A DNA stretch of 64,000 nt from Nymphaea colorata (lineage: Eukaryota). Both the position numbers and the translations under genes were made by a program. The stretch spans positions 42,098,001 through 42,162,000 of the forward strand of contig NC_045138.2 in assembly GCF_008831285.2 (NCBI RefSeq), given 5' to 3'. Shown here piece after piece: positions 12,501 to 24,685 of this stretch. The first letter of the stretch is position 1; each line of letters begins with the position of its first letter. The notes under the pieces are model-generated. The model was given only the letters and a program-made list of their open reading frames with translations, was not told where the DNA came from and did not search any database.

Positions 12501-14100
12501 GCGGAATTCGATTTTGCCTTGGAGTGCAAGGCAGGGAGGACAAACGTCGTAGCCGATGCACTGAGTTAAAAGGCGAAGTTGGCAGCTACTCAGATAACAT
12601 CATCCGAAGCACAACTTGAGAGTGCTCTTCTCGGGCGGATTCGAGAAGGTATGAAGCAGGACCCTGTGGCCAAGCACTTGGTCGAGACAACTGAAGCGGG
12701 AAAAACACGACGATTCTGGTTGTGTGATGGACTTCTGATGGCAAAAGGAGGACGGGTTTTCGTGCCTAGGTGGGGCAACCTTCGGCGAGAATTGATGAAG
12801 GAATGCCATGACTCATTGTGGGCTGCCCATCTTGGCCAGGAGCGGACACTGGCGCTCCTTGAATGTGGTTATTATTGGCCACAGATGCACGATGATGTTG
12901 AAGCATATGTGAAAATATGCTTAATTTGCCAGTAGGACAAGGGATCAAATCAGAAGCTTGTCGGTCTCCTGGAGCCTCTTCCTATTCCAGAACGTCCATG
13001 GGAATGCCTATCCATGGACTTCATCATTAGCTTACCCAAAGTTGACGGCTTCAGCTCCATCCTTGTGGTTGTGGACAGATTCTTGAAATATGCCACCTTC
13101 ATCCCAGCCTCTAAGGAATGTCCCGCAGAGAAGACGACAGAGTTATTTGTGAAACATATAGTCAAGCACTGGGGCGTACCAAAAAGTATTGTCAGTGATC
13201 GGGACACTCGCTTCATAGGGAAGTTTTGGCGCAAAGTATTTTGTTTGCTGGGTTCAGATTTATTATTCTCAACGAGTTTCCATCCACAAATCGATGGCCA
13301 AACTGAATGGATCAACGGATTATTGGAACAATACCTTCGGCACTATGTCAGTGCGAATCAAAAGAATTGGGTGAAATTGTTGGATGTAGCTCAATTTTGC
13401 TACAATTTACAGAAGAGCGAGTCTTCTGGAGATTGTCCGTTCGAGATAGCCACTTGACAACAACCGTTGATGCCTCATACTCTTGCAGCCCAAGAAAAGG
13501 GACGGCCTACTTTTGCCTACTAGTTCGTTCACGATTGGCAGGAACAGACGGAGATGGCTAAGACATTCTTACATAAGGCCGCCAAGAAAATGAAGAAATT
13601 TTCGGATCAGAATCGAAGGCCAATAGAATTCCGAGTTGGTGATCAAGTCCTCGTGAAGCTCTATCCTGACCGCATGGGCATTTTCCGTGGTCGACACAGG
13701 TCATTAATCCGCAAGTATGAGGGACCCTTCACAGTGCTGAAGAGAATCAGGAAGTTAGTGTACAAGCTAGACTTGCCTCCAGACTTTAAGGTGCATTCAG
13801 TGTTTCATGTCTATAACCTAAAGCCCTTCTACTTTGATGAGGAAGACCCTGACAGAAGCGTCCCAGAACGAGACCCGATCTTACAGCGAGCCCCATCGAC
13901 CAAGCGAGCGGCGGACCGTCAGATGGAGGAAATTCTTCTGCACAAAACAAACTATCTAAGGGAGCCGAAGAAGTACCAAGAGAAGTGCATAGGCGAACAA
14001 CATCCAACCTGTGAGTATGTCTTCCGTATGAAGCAGCGCTACCCGCTGGAAGTCAAAGCCTATCACGAAGCTGCTGGCACCAAGGACGGCGCTTGTTTTG
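9588..14100 (+). pseudogene. gag-pol polyprotein with multiple stops/frameshifts
   Basis: Gag KYNG..DSRVIDNFLFQVEYY; Zn knuckle CWFCEGSHLGRQC; protease [73 protein letters not shown]. Confidence 0.95.
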
Positions 14101-14110
14101 AAGGGGGGAG
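14100..14110 (+). promoter_or_regulatory. Polypurine tract
   Basis: gaaggggggag two bases before the 3' LTR. Confidence 0.85.
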
Positions 14111-14112
14111 CC

Positions 14113-14520
14113 TGTTCCCCTGTGTCTAAGAGTCTGTACAGTCCTTTGCTTTGTTTTGCATTGTACTTCCTTTGCTTATGTTGAGTCATTTGCTTACGCA
14201 TGTTTGTTTGTAAGGGAGTACCCTCCCACCGGTCTAAGTGTCATGTATTGGGATTCTTAGTTTTGGGTGGTCAGCTTGGGAATCCTGTAAGCGGCTTCGG
14301 CCATCCTATATAAGTAAAGTTGAGATCATTCTCCTTGCTTATCTTTTTCGTGATGTACAAAATTTCCAAGTTGAATACATTACAAGATTTCTTTATTCAC
14401 AAAGTGTTCTTTATGCACTTGTTTTCCAAAACAACCTTTGCACCCCTTTCGGTGGTTTGAAGGCTTACGGAAATCAGGTTCTTGCCATGCCGCATGGGCT
14501 GAAGGAGTCAACCTATGACA
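14113..14520 (+). repeat. 3' LTR (408 bp)
   Basis: tgttcccctgtgtct...acctatgaca; 11 bp longer than the 5' LTR (indel near 14398). Confidence 0.95.
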
Positions 14521-15300
14521 CTAATGGTGAACAAGGAAAATGTAAATGCCTACATTCTCATGATCTTTGCTCTGCTTCTTGACTATATAATGTCCCTAGA
14601 CTATTGGATTGCTTTTACATATAGAAGAGATGTCTCTACAATGTTTAATAGGTTGATGATCGTTTGCTAAAGGATACTACATTTGAGCATGGTGATGACA
14701 TAGAAAGTGATTTTATTATTAGCAACATACTTCCATGTGTGACTTCAGATAGAGTTGCTGCAGATTCTCAAGGGCCCTCAACTATTTCCACTAGAGGTAA
14801 GTATGCATATTGCATTATCATTTTATAGTAATTTTTTCATTATGAAAATCTTTTTTTTTTTACACTTCTGCCATGAACTGCACCGGAGGCAAGAGTGGGG
14901 CATAATCCATTTTTCTTTGATGGTGTTTATGTTTTTTTTTTCTCTGATGCTCTAATTGTATGAGATTTTCTTGGTTAGCCGATAATTTAGCATTCTCATT
15001 AATATTTTTTTTGTTTTACTGTCTTCAGTTGTATTTTCTTACCCTTTCCGTGCCTAACAAGTCATTGCCCATATTAATGTAGTGTCATCCTTGGGTCTCA
15101 GTTTCTCTTCTTGAGAGGACTAAAGTTCTAATATGAGTTTGTCTTGCCTATGAGAAATACTTCCTTAAAAATTCCTCTTGCACACACTCGCATGAGGCAA
15201 CCTTTGATGTACCCAAGGTCTTGCGCCAACATTGCACCTTCTATTCCAGCAAAAATGAAAAGAGGATCATTTTCAATGCTTCATTTGGTTCTTCCATGTG

Positions 15301-15930
15301 TGTTATCACCCCAAATTTTTCTAAAAAAGATTGTATTTTATTTTCACTGAAACAAAATTCTCAGTTTTTTTATTTGGATTTAATTTTTAGACCCTAAACA
15401 CAACCCTAGACTCAGAAGAAATACACGACTATTTGATCTAAAATGAATATAAAGTCTGAGTCCAAACGCAAGATTCAAAGTCAAACACGATATTCAAATA
15501 CGAAATCCAACTCTCAAATCCAAATTAGATCCGAAATCTAAGTTTAGATTCAAGTCAAGAATTTCAAACTCAAAATCCAAAGCTGAGATCAAAGCAACAA
15601 AATTTGATGTTATGGAGCAGATGCACGCATGCACGGATCCTCCCTTTGTTATATGTCTCGTTCTCGCGCCAAAAATGTGTTTTAAGCTTAAAGCACTCAC
15701 TATAATGCATCGGCGACCAATTGAACCTAATTTGGATTTAAAACAAGCCTGGAATCACTCTAAACAGAGTTGGCCCCATTTGTAACAAAAAACTATTTTT
15801 ATCCCTTTCAAATACACATTTGAAATATGATTTTTTTGCCTTTTTTTTTTATGAACGAACCCTTTGGAGGCCAAGGAGGCAAAATCTGCCCCTTATTGGT
15901 CCAAATGAGGCAATAAGGGGGGCATTTCAC
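15301..15930 (+). repeat. Ogre LTR, portion shared with 24060-24685 (true 3' end of this LTR not located, probably ~17 kb)
   Basis: Colinear similarity with 24060-24685; TATA-like cctatttaaa ~16176. Confidence 0.85.
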
Positions 15931-17402
15931 CCCTCCTTCTCATTTGGGTGCTGGCAAACTGCATACCTTATCGCGCGTCACGTGATGTGAGCCAAGCGCA
16001 ACTGCGCACAATAGGCATGCAATTGCACTGAGCTAGTGATTGCGCACTGCATAGGGCCTTTCTCTAACCAAAAACCGTCCCAAGAGGTGGTTTTTGGGCT
16101 TGTTGGGTGGCATTTTCCTTGCCCACACCCGAAAGGGTATTTGCCAGGCTAATGGCCACTCCCACTTGGTCAAAACCTATTTAAAAAAAAATAAAAATCA
16201 TTCAAAAATACTTAAAATTCGCATGAAAATCTTGTTAAATTCAAAAAAACTAAATTTTGAGTTTTGGCTCTCGGGTATGAGCTTACCATTGGGGAACCGC
16301 TACTACTTTCTCACTTGAACATCTAGAGATTTCCTTAACTCTCTCTTGTCATTTCTCTCTTCTTCTCTTCTTCTTCTTCTCCAACCTTGGAAGCAAGCTT
16401 CTCCAAGTTCAAACTCTTCAAGGGAGCACGAGGAGATCTCTTGCGGGATACCTTCATGATCTTGGAGCTTGATTTGAGGTGACCTAGGATCATTCAAAGG
16501 AAGAGACTCAATCTTAACATCATCTATATTCGAGGTATGTAGTCCTCTCCTTGTTTTCATTTATTTTCTTTTCCTCTTGCCACCTCCCCATGGCCGTGCA
16601 AAAAAGTTCTAAAGATTTTCTATCCAGAGTTGAGAGCTACTCTTGAGTGCACTGAGAAAATGAGCAAGGTAAAATAAATTTCATTTCTTTATTTATTTCC
16701 AAAATATGTTTGTTATTTTGCTTTGTTCATCGTTTATGTTTGAGATGAAGTTCATGCATGATAGATTAATTTTTCCTAATTGATGGGCAAATGAATAGTG
16801 AGAACGAGTGTTTAGGTTGGGATTTCTCTTCATTATTATGTTTATTTTGAGGTTAGGTGTCCAACCTGAGAAGACTCTTCAGGAATATGTATGTGTTAAA
16901 ATGCATCTTCATGTCGTTCTCATGTTTAGTTTCTCTCCTAATCGCCCGATTAGAAACCCCAATGAGTACTTGATGTCGTTGCTTGATTTTCTTGCATACC
17001 CAATGGTGGGAGAAATATATTCTGTTGTAACAAACAAAATAATTATGGTTTTATGTTCATGCATGAAAATATTCGAAATCATGTTTTTCAAAAGATTTTC
17101 GCAAGCAAAAACCCTCTTTAATGAGGCCTTGAAAACTTAGCCTATGCTCTTGCATGAGCCCAAGTTCCTCTTAGGCATACATAGAAAAATTGAAGTCAGA
17201 TATTTTTAAGTTATTTTTTTATTTCAATTCTCATGAAGACATACACATATACATATGTTATATACATATACATGCACATGACTATATCGAGGATTCACTG
17301 CTTGACCATTGGAGATACCGAATTTGTATGAGTATGCACATATGTTTTACAATTGTGGTTCCTCAAGCATTAGGACCCTAGGCCATTCTATTCAGAAATA
17401 CT

Positions 17403-17790
17403 GATGGAACATTGATAGTCTTAGAACAATAACGTTGTTTGATCAAGCAGTTAGATGGTGAAGAGATCATTTGCGATTATTATGATCATCGTCAAAATCT
17501 GCCTGGATACACTCACCATTACCATGGTCGTATCATACTCTTGGTTCCTTATTTCATAGTTGATTATCATGCTGATAGATGCATGAGACAATTCTCTTAG
17601 AGACAGAAGATGGTTTTTGTGCATGCACCAATTGGAGCTATTCCCGAATTCGACCTAAGCTCTCCTCAATGGACGACATTATTCACAGTAGCTCGACAAG
17701 AGTGGAAGACATAGATATCTAACACTTGGTTCACAGGCTCAGTGGGTAAAGATGGAATACACCGAGTGGTGGGATGCCAACCGACCACCA
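17403..17790 (+). pseudogene. Extra 5' ORF remnant, Plant Mobile Domain (PMD)-like
   Basis: LEQ*RCLIKQLDGEEIICDYY...VDYHADRCMRQFS*RQ...MEYTEWW resembles PMD motifs (Y..DRV.RQFG..Q; EY..WW). Confidence 0.55.
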
Positions 17791-18046
17791 TCAATCCTTA
17801 AAAGTTCCTGTTGTCAACTTTGTACTCTTTATTTCGTCTTCAGTTGTTGTCATCTTTGTTAGTGTTTTTTTTTATGTAACTTTTAAAACTTTTAATGCAA
17901 TATGAACCTTCATTTTATCATCATTTCCTTCTGATGACTCTTCATTTTTCTGTCTAATAAGGTGAATACTTGAAAGCCAACAGGATGTTTGAACCAGACT
18001 ACAAGCTAAGCAGGCTCTTTAGAACAATGTTGTATCTTTTGGTCCA

Positions 18047-19980
18047 ATGCCAAAGACACTTGGGTTCCCAACAACCGAGCCAAAAGGTTATCATATGTTC
18101 CAGTTGTTTATGGAGCGATTAATGAGAAAACAAGATGAACAAAAGACCCTAATGGTTACTCCAAAACTAGCAACTGAAAAGTCGGCCAAACAAAAAAGAA
18201 ACAAGAAAAACAATAAATATTCTCTTATGGATCGAGATGAAGGCCATCTAGATTCATATTCAACAACTAGTACGGAGGAAAACCTGATTGTTTCTGCTCA
18301 AGAAGAAAAAGACAACAAAGAAAAGCAAGAAAAAAAAATCATAGAGGGAAACAATACACCTAGCCCTATCAGAGAATAAGCCCAAAAGAAAGAGAAACCC
18401 TGTCAAGAAAGACAAAAAGGCAAAGAATATAGTCCAACTAAGCATAAGTTCTATGAAATGGAGAAAAAAAATGAACAACCTTGAACTTATGGGGAAAGAA
18501 AATTGTTCATACTCTTGCGAGGATTAATACTTGGGCATTGAGGGAGATAATGACGTAAAGGGCATGCCAAGGAGTTCTGTCAAATATGAAAGAACCACCT
18601 GCCTACACATTCATCTTTCAACACTCATTAATGATTGCTACAAGATCCGAGCACATAACAGAGCATTGTTTTGCTACTTTACAAGAAGTATCGCAAGCAT
18701 TGCAGCATAATGGTACAAAGAAAATATTAACCCAGTTGAACTAAAGAAATTTGATAGACTAGTTAACATGTTCGTGGAGAGATTTGAACAAAACATTCCC
18801 ATCGCTCTGACCCTCATCCTTTGTAGTCTCTGCCAAAAGCAAGGAGAAAATGCTCGAGAATTCATCAAAATATGGAAAATTCAATGCAACAAGATGAAGG
18901 AGCCGACTTCTGAAACACATGCTCTGTCACTCATCATGAAAAATCTTGCCCAACCTTTGGAAAGTCTCATCCGTAATGCTCCAATCAAGATATTTGCCAA
19001 GTTGATTGAACAAACCGATTCAATAGAGAAAGAAATTGAGGAAGGCGACTTTGATGGAATCATTGTGTCCAAGTATAAAGAAGAGCACAAGAAAGGAGGA
19101 AGGGCTGAGTGACCCACCCATTTCATAGCAAATGCCGACACTCGAAAGGACAATGGCAGTAGTTATAAGCTTGACAAAGAGACAAACCAAAGGAAGAACA
19201 CATAGTTGTATAAAGGAAATGAAGAAGGGAAGAACAAACACCCGGGCTAGAGTTATGACCAGAAGTTCCCTCCTCCTAGTCAATCTCGTGAGAAGATCCT
19301 AGAGTACCTCATCACCAAAGGAATTGTCTTCTTGCCAAAAATTTCATAACCTCTGAAAATGATAGGAGGTAATAAAAAAAAAACTATGTAAGTTTCATCG
19401 TGCCCCTGGTCATGACATTGAGGATTGTTTTGTCCTCAAAAATATTATCCAAGATTTCATCAACAAGGATATCAAAGTTGTTGATGATTGCATCCTTCAT
19501 CATGGATGTGATCATTGAATGAACCAGTCACTGCATTGTATTCCATGTGATGGATGTACCACCATCATATAACTTGCTTTTGAGAAAACCTTGGATTCAT
19601 GAAGTACGATGTATCATACGCACACTTCATCAATGTCTCCAATGAAATTTTGGCTCATTAGTTATCACTGTATGCACTGAGGACCTGGTCGAGAGGTTGC
19701 TACCACTAATGCTCCCGAGGCCAATTGATTCGGTGGACATACCCAGCATAAGAACAACAAAAGAAGGACCTTTGGAAGAGTGGATGCAAAACATGGAGAT
19801 AGGCGAATCATTTGGAAGTGCCTATACTGTTTCAAGTAGTTGTCTGAGTTATTAAAAACATCCCTTGTATGCTCATTTCATGAGAAACCCTAGGAGATTT
19901 CAGCTACTTTTGAAATGTGGTTATCGTCCATTCACTGGCTTCAAAAAGAATGAAGATGACATCTTGTAGTTGATCAATAT
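18047..19980 (+). pseudogene. Ogre gag / protease / G-patch remnants
   Basis: LCSLCQKQGENAREFIKIW; knuckle CKFHRAPGHDIEDC (~19387); FHVMDVPPSYNLLLRKPWIH (~19541); LLKCGYRPFTGFKKNEDDI (~19906). Confidence 0.75.
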
Positions 19981-20399
19981 CCCCTTCATATGAATGAGAA
20001 TTGAGATATCATGAAGAAGTTTGAAAAAGTTCTTGTTGGCTGATAATATTCGCCTTTATTTTCAAATCCTCCTATGAATTTTGTAATCTTAACTTGTACT
20101 CGTCTGGTCTCATTAAAGGTTCCCTCTATGAACTAAGAATTTTTGTATGCAATGGAAGTAATCTTTTGTTATCACTTTCAATTTTGTTCAAATTTTCTTT
20201 ATCCTTCTCTTTACAGAATTTTGGAGCTCAACATGTCTCAGTTTCTTTTTTTTCCTTGAAAATCCATCCAAAAGTATTTTACCAAATAAGCGGGCAATGA
20301 AACAAAACCTACAATAATACTCGAGTTGAAATTACTGGAATTTGCTCAGATTTAGAAACAAGAATATCTCTCGTCTTTAGTTAATGATCCATTTCAGGA

Positions 20400-23300
20400 A
20401 ATTAACATTAAAACCTGTGAGAATTCTAAGAACCTTCAAATTGGCATCAGTTTGTCAGTAGACGAGAAGAAAAATTGTTAGACTTTCTTATAAGCCACCA
20501 AGAGGTTTTCGCATGGACCTATGAAGATATGTTGGGCTTAAAACCCTATCTGGTTGAACATCGTTTGCCCTTAAACCCTAGTTGTATGTTAGTTAAACAA
20601 AAATTGCACAAGCTTGATCCTCGACTAGAAGGACCCGTAAAAGAAGGATTGGAGGACCTATTAAAGACAAAATTTATTTGCACCATCGATTACCCCGAAT
20701 GGTTGGCTAATATCGTGGTTGTCCCCAAGAAAAATGATAAAGTCAAGTTGTGCATTGACTTTCGAGACCTAAGGAAAGTTACACCAAAAGACAATTACCC
20801 ACTTCCAAACATTGATTTATTGGTAGACAGTTCCACAGGCCATGTCATGTTCTCTTTTATTGATGAATACTCTAGATACAACCAGATCAAATTGATAGTC
20901 AAGAATCAGCCCAAGACTGCTTTTACCACACCCTCGGGCACTTTCTATTACACATTGATATCGTTTGGATTAAAAAATATTGGAGCAATTTATCAAAGAG
21001 CCATGGCAGTAATATTCCATAATTAAATGCACAAAAACATGGAAGTGTATATCGATGACATATTAATTAAATCTAAGACAAGAGAAGATCACATTGAAAC
21101 CCTCATCCAGGTATTTGGAAGACTCTTACAATACAAGCTTCATTTAAATCCATAAAAATATGTGTTTGGGGTTAAATTGGTAAACTTTTGGGTTTTATGG
21201 TCAGTAAGAGGGGGATCAAAATGGATCTTACTAGAGCCAAAGTGATTATCAATATGCCACCACTTACCAATATCAAGAAAGTATGAAGTTTGCAAGGGTG
21301 GATCTAGTCTATCAAATAATTAATCTCCAATATAGCAATGAGATACGAACCATTCAACTAGCTACTGAAGAAAGAGATCAAGTTTGACTGGGTTTGAGTG
21401 TCAATAGTCATTTGAAAAGATCAAGAAATACCTTCTAAATCTACCAATCATAAAAACTATGGTGTTGGGTTGGTCATTGCTGCTTTATATCACAGTAAAT
21501 GAGTTAGTACGTGGAGTTTTTTTGCATAATATGAGGAAGAAAGTTACATCGAGCATGCAATATATTACATGAGTAAAACTTTTGTCTTGTATGAAAAGAA
21601 GCACTCTCCAATGAAAGAAACTTGTCTAGCATTGGTTTGAATGTGTTAGAAGATGAGATATTACATATTAGCTTGTGAGGTCAAGATACTCTCCAAGTTT
21701 AATCCTCTTAAGTATATCTTAGAGCAACAATTCCTTAATAGGTGCATTGCCAATTAGCAAGTTTTTCTGATGCAATATGATCTTGAATACATGTCCCAAA
21801 AGTCAATCAAAGGACAAGAAATTGTGGATCCGTTAATAGATGTTCACCAGTACAAAGAAATTATAATAGATGATGAGTTTTTGGGTGAACATGTATTAAG
21901 ATTGGAAACGGTTCCGGTATGAAATATATATTTTGATTGATCCAAAAATGTGATGGGAGCAGGTATAAGCATTTTACTTATCACGTTGAAAGATAAAATG
22001 ATCTCATACTCTTGAAACTCGACTTGCCATGTACACATAACATGGCTGAATATGAAGCCTTTAAAGAAGGACTTCGTTCTTTACTAAGTTTTTAAGTAAA
22101 AATGGTGCATGCCTTTGGTGACTCTCAGCTTATCATCAATCAAATGAACGGAGAAGGGCAAATCAAATATGAAAAATTGATGTCATATCAAGAGATCGCC
22201 ACCTTTTTGATCCGTCAATTTGAATAAGTACAACTGGTTTACATAAAAAGAAAAGGAAACCCTATTACGGATGGCCTTGCGAGTTTAGGATCCACTATCT
22301 TCTTTCGAACCAATGAAGCAATTCATTCTTTTCAGATTGGAAAATTAGAACATCCTGCTTTTGAAGGGGTGAAACATGTTCATCCTATCCAAAAGGAATA
22401 TATACCTTTGGTATTATGATATCAAAAGTTATATTGAGAGCAGAGAATTCCCGACTTGAATACCTAAAAATGAACAAAAAACAATTCAAGATATATCGAC
22501 AAAGTACTTTATTCTTGTAAGAGTGTTATATAGGCATGGATTTAGTATCGAATACTCTTGGTGCTATGATAAAGATGAGGTAAAGGAAGTCATCGAAGAG
22601 TCACATCGAGGAGACTGTGGGGGCCATGTTGGTTACCAAATCCTCACTAAGCAAATAGTTCGAGTAGGATATTATTGGACTACTATGCAAAAAAATTGTT
22701 ACAATTTTTAAAAGATGTAAAGAATGTTAGCTGTATGCTCCAATAATCTATGCACTGGTCTCTCACTTGCATCTGATAACATCTCTTTGGTCATTTTCAA
22801 TGTCGGCATTTGACGTAGTCTGACCAATATTCCATGCGGCCTCTAACGGTTATAAGTATTTTTTTGCTGCAACAGACTATTTTACCAAATGGTTTGAAGT
22901 CATCATGCTCAGAATAGTAGAAAGGTGTCATGTAGTATCCTTTATTCACAAAGATCTTTACAGATTTGGAGTTCCACATGATGTATTTGATAATAGGACC
23001 CACTTCAAAAATGAAAAAACGAGGCATTTTGCAACAAATATCGTATCACACATCATTTTTCAGCTCCTTATTATCCCCAAGGTAATGGGCAAGTATAGGC
23101 CACCAATAAGATACTAATCCACATATTAGAGCAGACAGTAGAAACTGGAAGAGACTGACATGAAAAAAAGCACAACGCTCTGTGGGTATATCGCACCACT
23201 ACGAGAACTCTAATAAATGCTACTCCAGCAGAGCTAGTCTACGGAACAGAAGTGGTTCTACCATTACATGCACTAAAACTCGTTGCTTTTGTCATAGAGC

Positions 23301-23580
23301 TTCTTCTAAATCAATATCAGTAGAAGAGACTAATGCAGCTCGATTTTCTAGATGAGAAGAGGCTAAAAGCGGCTGAGCATGCTGAAGCCTATCACCGAAC
23401 GGTGGCTAGACTGTTTGCCAAGTTAGTTATTGAGAGACATTTCAAAGTGAATGACTTTGTCCTACGATCTGTGATATACCTCAAAGGACATTCATAGGGT
23501 AAGTGGGCACCCAATTGGGAAGACCCATATGTTATTAAGGAAGCCTTACCCCGTAACTCAATCCAGTTGATTGACGCTGA
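20400..23580 (+). pseudogene. Ogre pol remnant: RT - RNase H - additional (archaeal-type) RNase H - integrase
   Basis: ORF 20475-21026 (RT); YIDDILIKS ~21048; aRH YFD*S..GAG, NMAEYEA, GDSQLII, NPITDGLASL (21920-22290); INT HRGDCGGH..YYWTTMQKNC, YRFGVPH, PNWEDPY. Confidence 0.9.
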
Positions 23581-23840
23581 TGGGGTGTGTGCCACTAGAA
23601 ATCGGGCTTGAAGTTCTCGCCTTACCAACGAGCTGACTTTGGGTGGGGAACTTACTTATCCTTTTAACGCTCTTCACCTCAATAAATTATACATCTAGTC
23701 CTCTTGTATTCACTTTTGAATCAATAACAAATATTTGTGTTCTCCACATTCAATCTATTATTCATTTGGATTCTTTCCAATCGTAAAACGTAATGATTAT
23801 ACTAGGGCATTTTTTTATTATCACTCAAAGACTCGAGAAC

Positions 23841-24032
23841 AACCCATGCAGGTAAGGGGTTAAAACATGCAACACAAAGCAACCCATGCAGGTAAGGGGT
23901 TAAAACATGCAACACAAAACAACTCATGTAGGTAAGAGGTTAAACCTGCAATGCAACCCACTCATGTAAGGGGTCAAACCTGAACTCAATCTTGCCCAAA
24001 CCCATTCAGGTAAGCGGTCAAACCTGAATGCA
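23841..24032 (+). repeat. Tandem array of ~34-44-bp units in the Ogre 3' UTR
   Basis: aacccatgcaggtaaggggttaaaacatgcaacacaaa.c twice (23841-23920) plus three degenerate units. Confidence 0.9.
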
Positions 24033-24059
24033 ATCTAGTTGCTCGGTGAATCTTGCATC

Positions 24060-24685
24060 TGTTATCACCCGAAATTTAACAAAAAAAAAAACTATATTTC
24101 ATTTTCACCCAAACAAAATTCTTAGTTATTTCATTTGGATTTAATTTTGGATCCTAAATCCAACCCTAGACCCAAAACAAATGCACGACTATTTGATCCA
24201 AACTGAATATCTAGTATGAGTCCAAATGCAAGATTCAAATTCAAACAGGAGATTCAATATGAAATCTAACTCAAAAAACCAAATTAGATCCAAAATCCAA
24301 GTCTAGATCCAAATCAAGAATTTCAAACTCAAAATCCAAAGCTGAAATCAAACAGCAAAATTTGATGCTATCGAGCACTATGCGTGCATGCGCGGACCCT
24401 CCCTTTGTTATATGTCTCGTTCCCATGCCAAAAATGTATTTTGAGCTTAAATCACTCACTAGAACACGTTGGGGACCAATTGAACCCAATCTAGATTTAA
24501 AACGAGCCCAGAATCACTCAAAACGGAGTCAACCCCATTTGTAACAAAAACCATTTTTATCCCTTTTAAATACACATTTGGAACATGATTTTTATGTTTT
24601 TTTATGAATGGGCCCCTTGTAGGCCAAGGAGGCGAAATCCGCCCCTTATTGGTCCAAAAAAGGCAATAAGGGGGGCCTTTCGCCT
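24060..24685 (+). repeat. Truncated Ogre LTR copy
   Basis: Homologous to 15301-15930; homology stops abruptly after gggggcctttcgcc. Confidence 0.85.

Larger units (their letters stand above)
9036..14520 (+). mobile_element. Full-length Ty3/gypsy chromovirus LTR retrotransposon (Galadriel-like), inactivated
   Basis: TG...CA LTRs 9036-9432 and 14113-14520; flanks ttaat/ctaat (5-bp TSD, 1 mismatch); PBS and PPT present; gag-PR-RT-RH-INT order. Confidence 0.95.
15301..24685 (+). mobile_element. Ty3/gypsy Ogre/Tat-lineage LTR retrotransposon, heavily decayed, right LTR truncated
   Basis: LTR starts tgttatcaccc at 15301 and 24060 with ~625 bp of homology; Tat/Ogre-type RT (FAWTYEDM.G, YPEWLANIVVVPKK, CIDFRDL, PKDNYPLPNID); extra ORF, G-patch, second RNase H, 3'UTR repeats. 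Confidence 0.9.

Noticed and set aside
10408..14201. Minus-strand ORFs over the Galadriel pol
   Set aside because: Antisense shadows of gag-pol with no independent motifs
14238..14582. 114-aa ORF (and its twin at 9161-9430)
   Set aside because: Lies within the LTRs; non-ATG start and no domain
23841..24032. CRISPR-like array
   Set aside because: Units are head-to-tail with no unique spacers and lie in a plant retrotransposon 3' UTR; no cas genes
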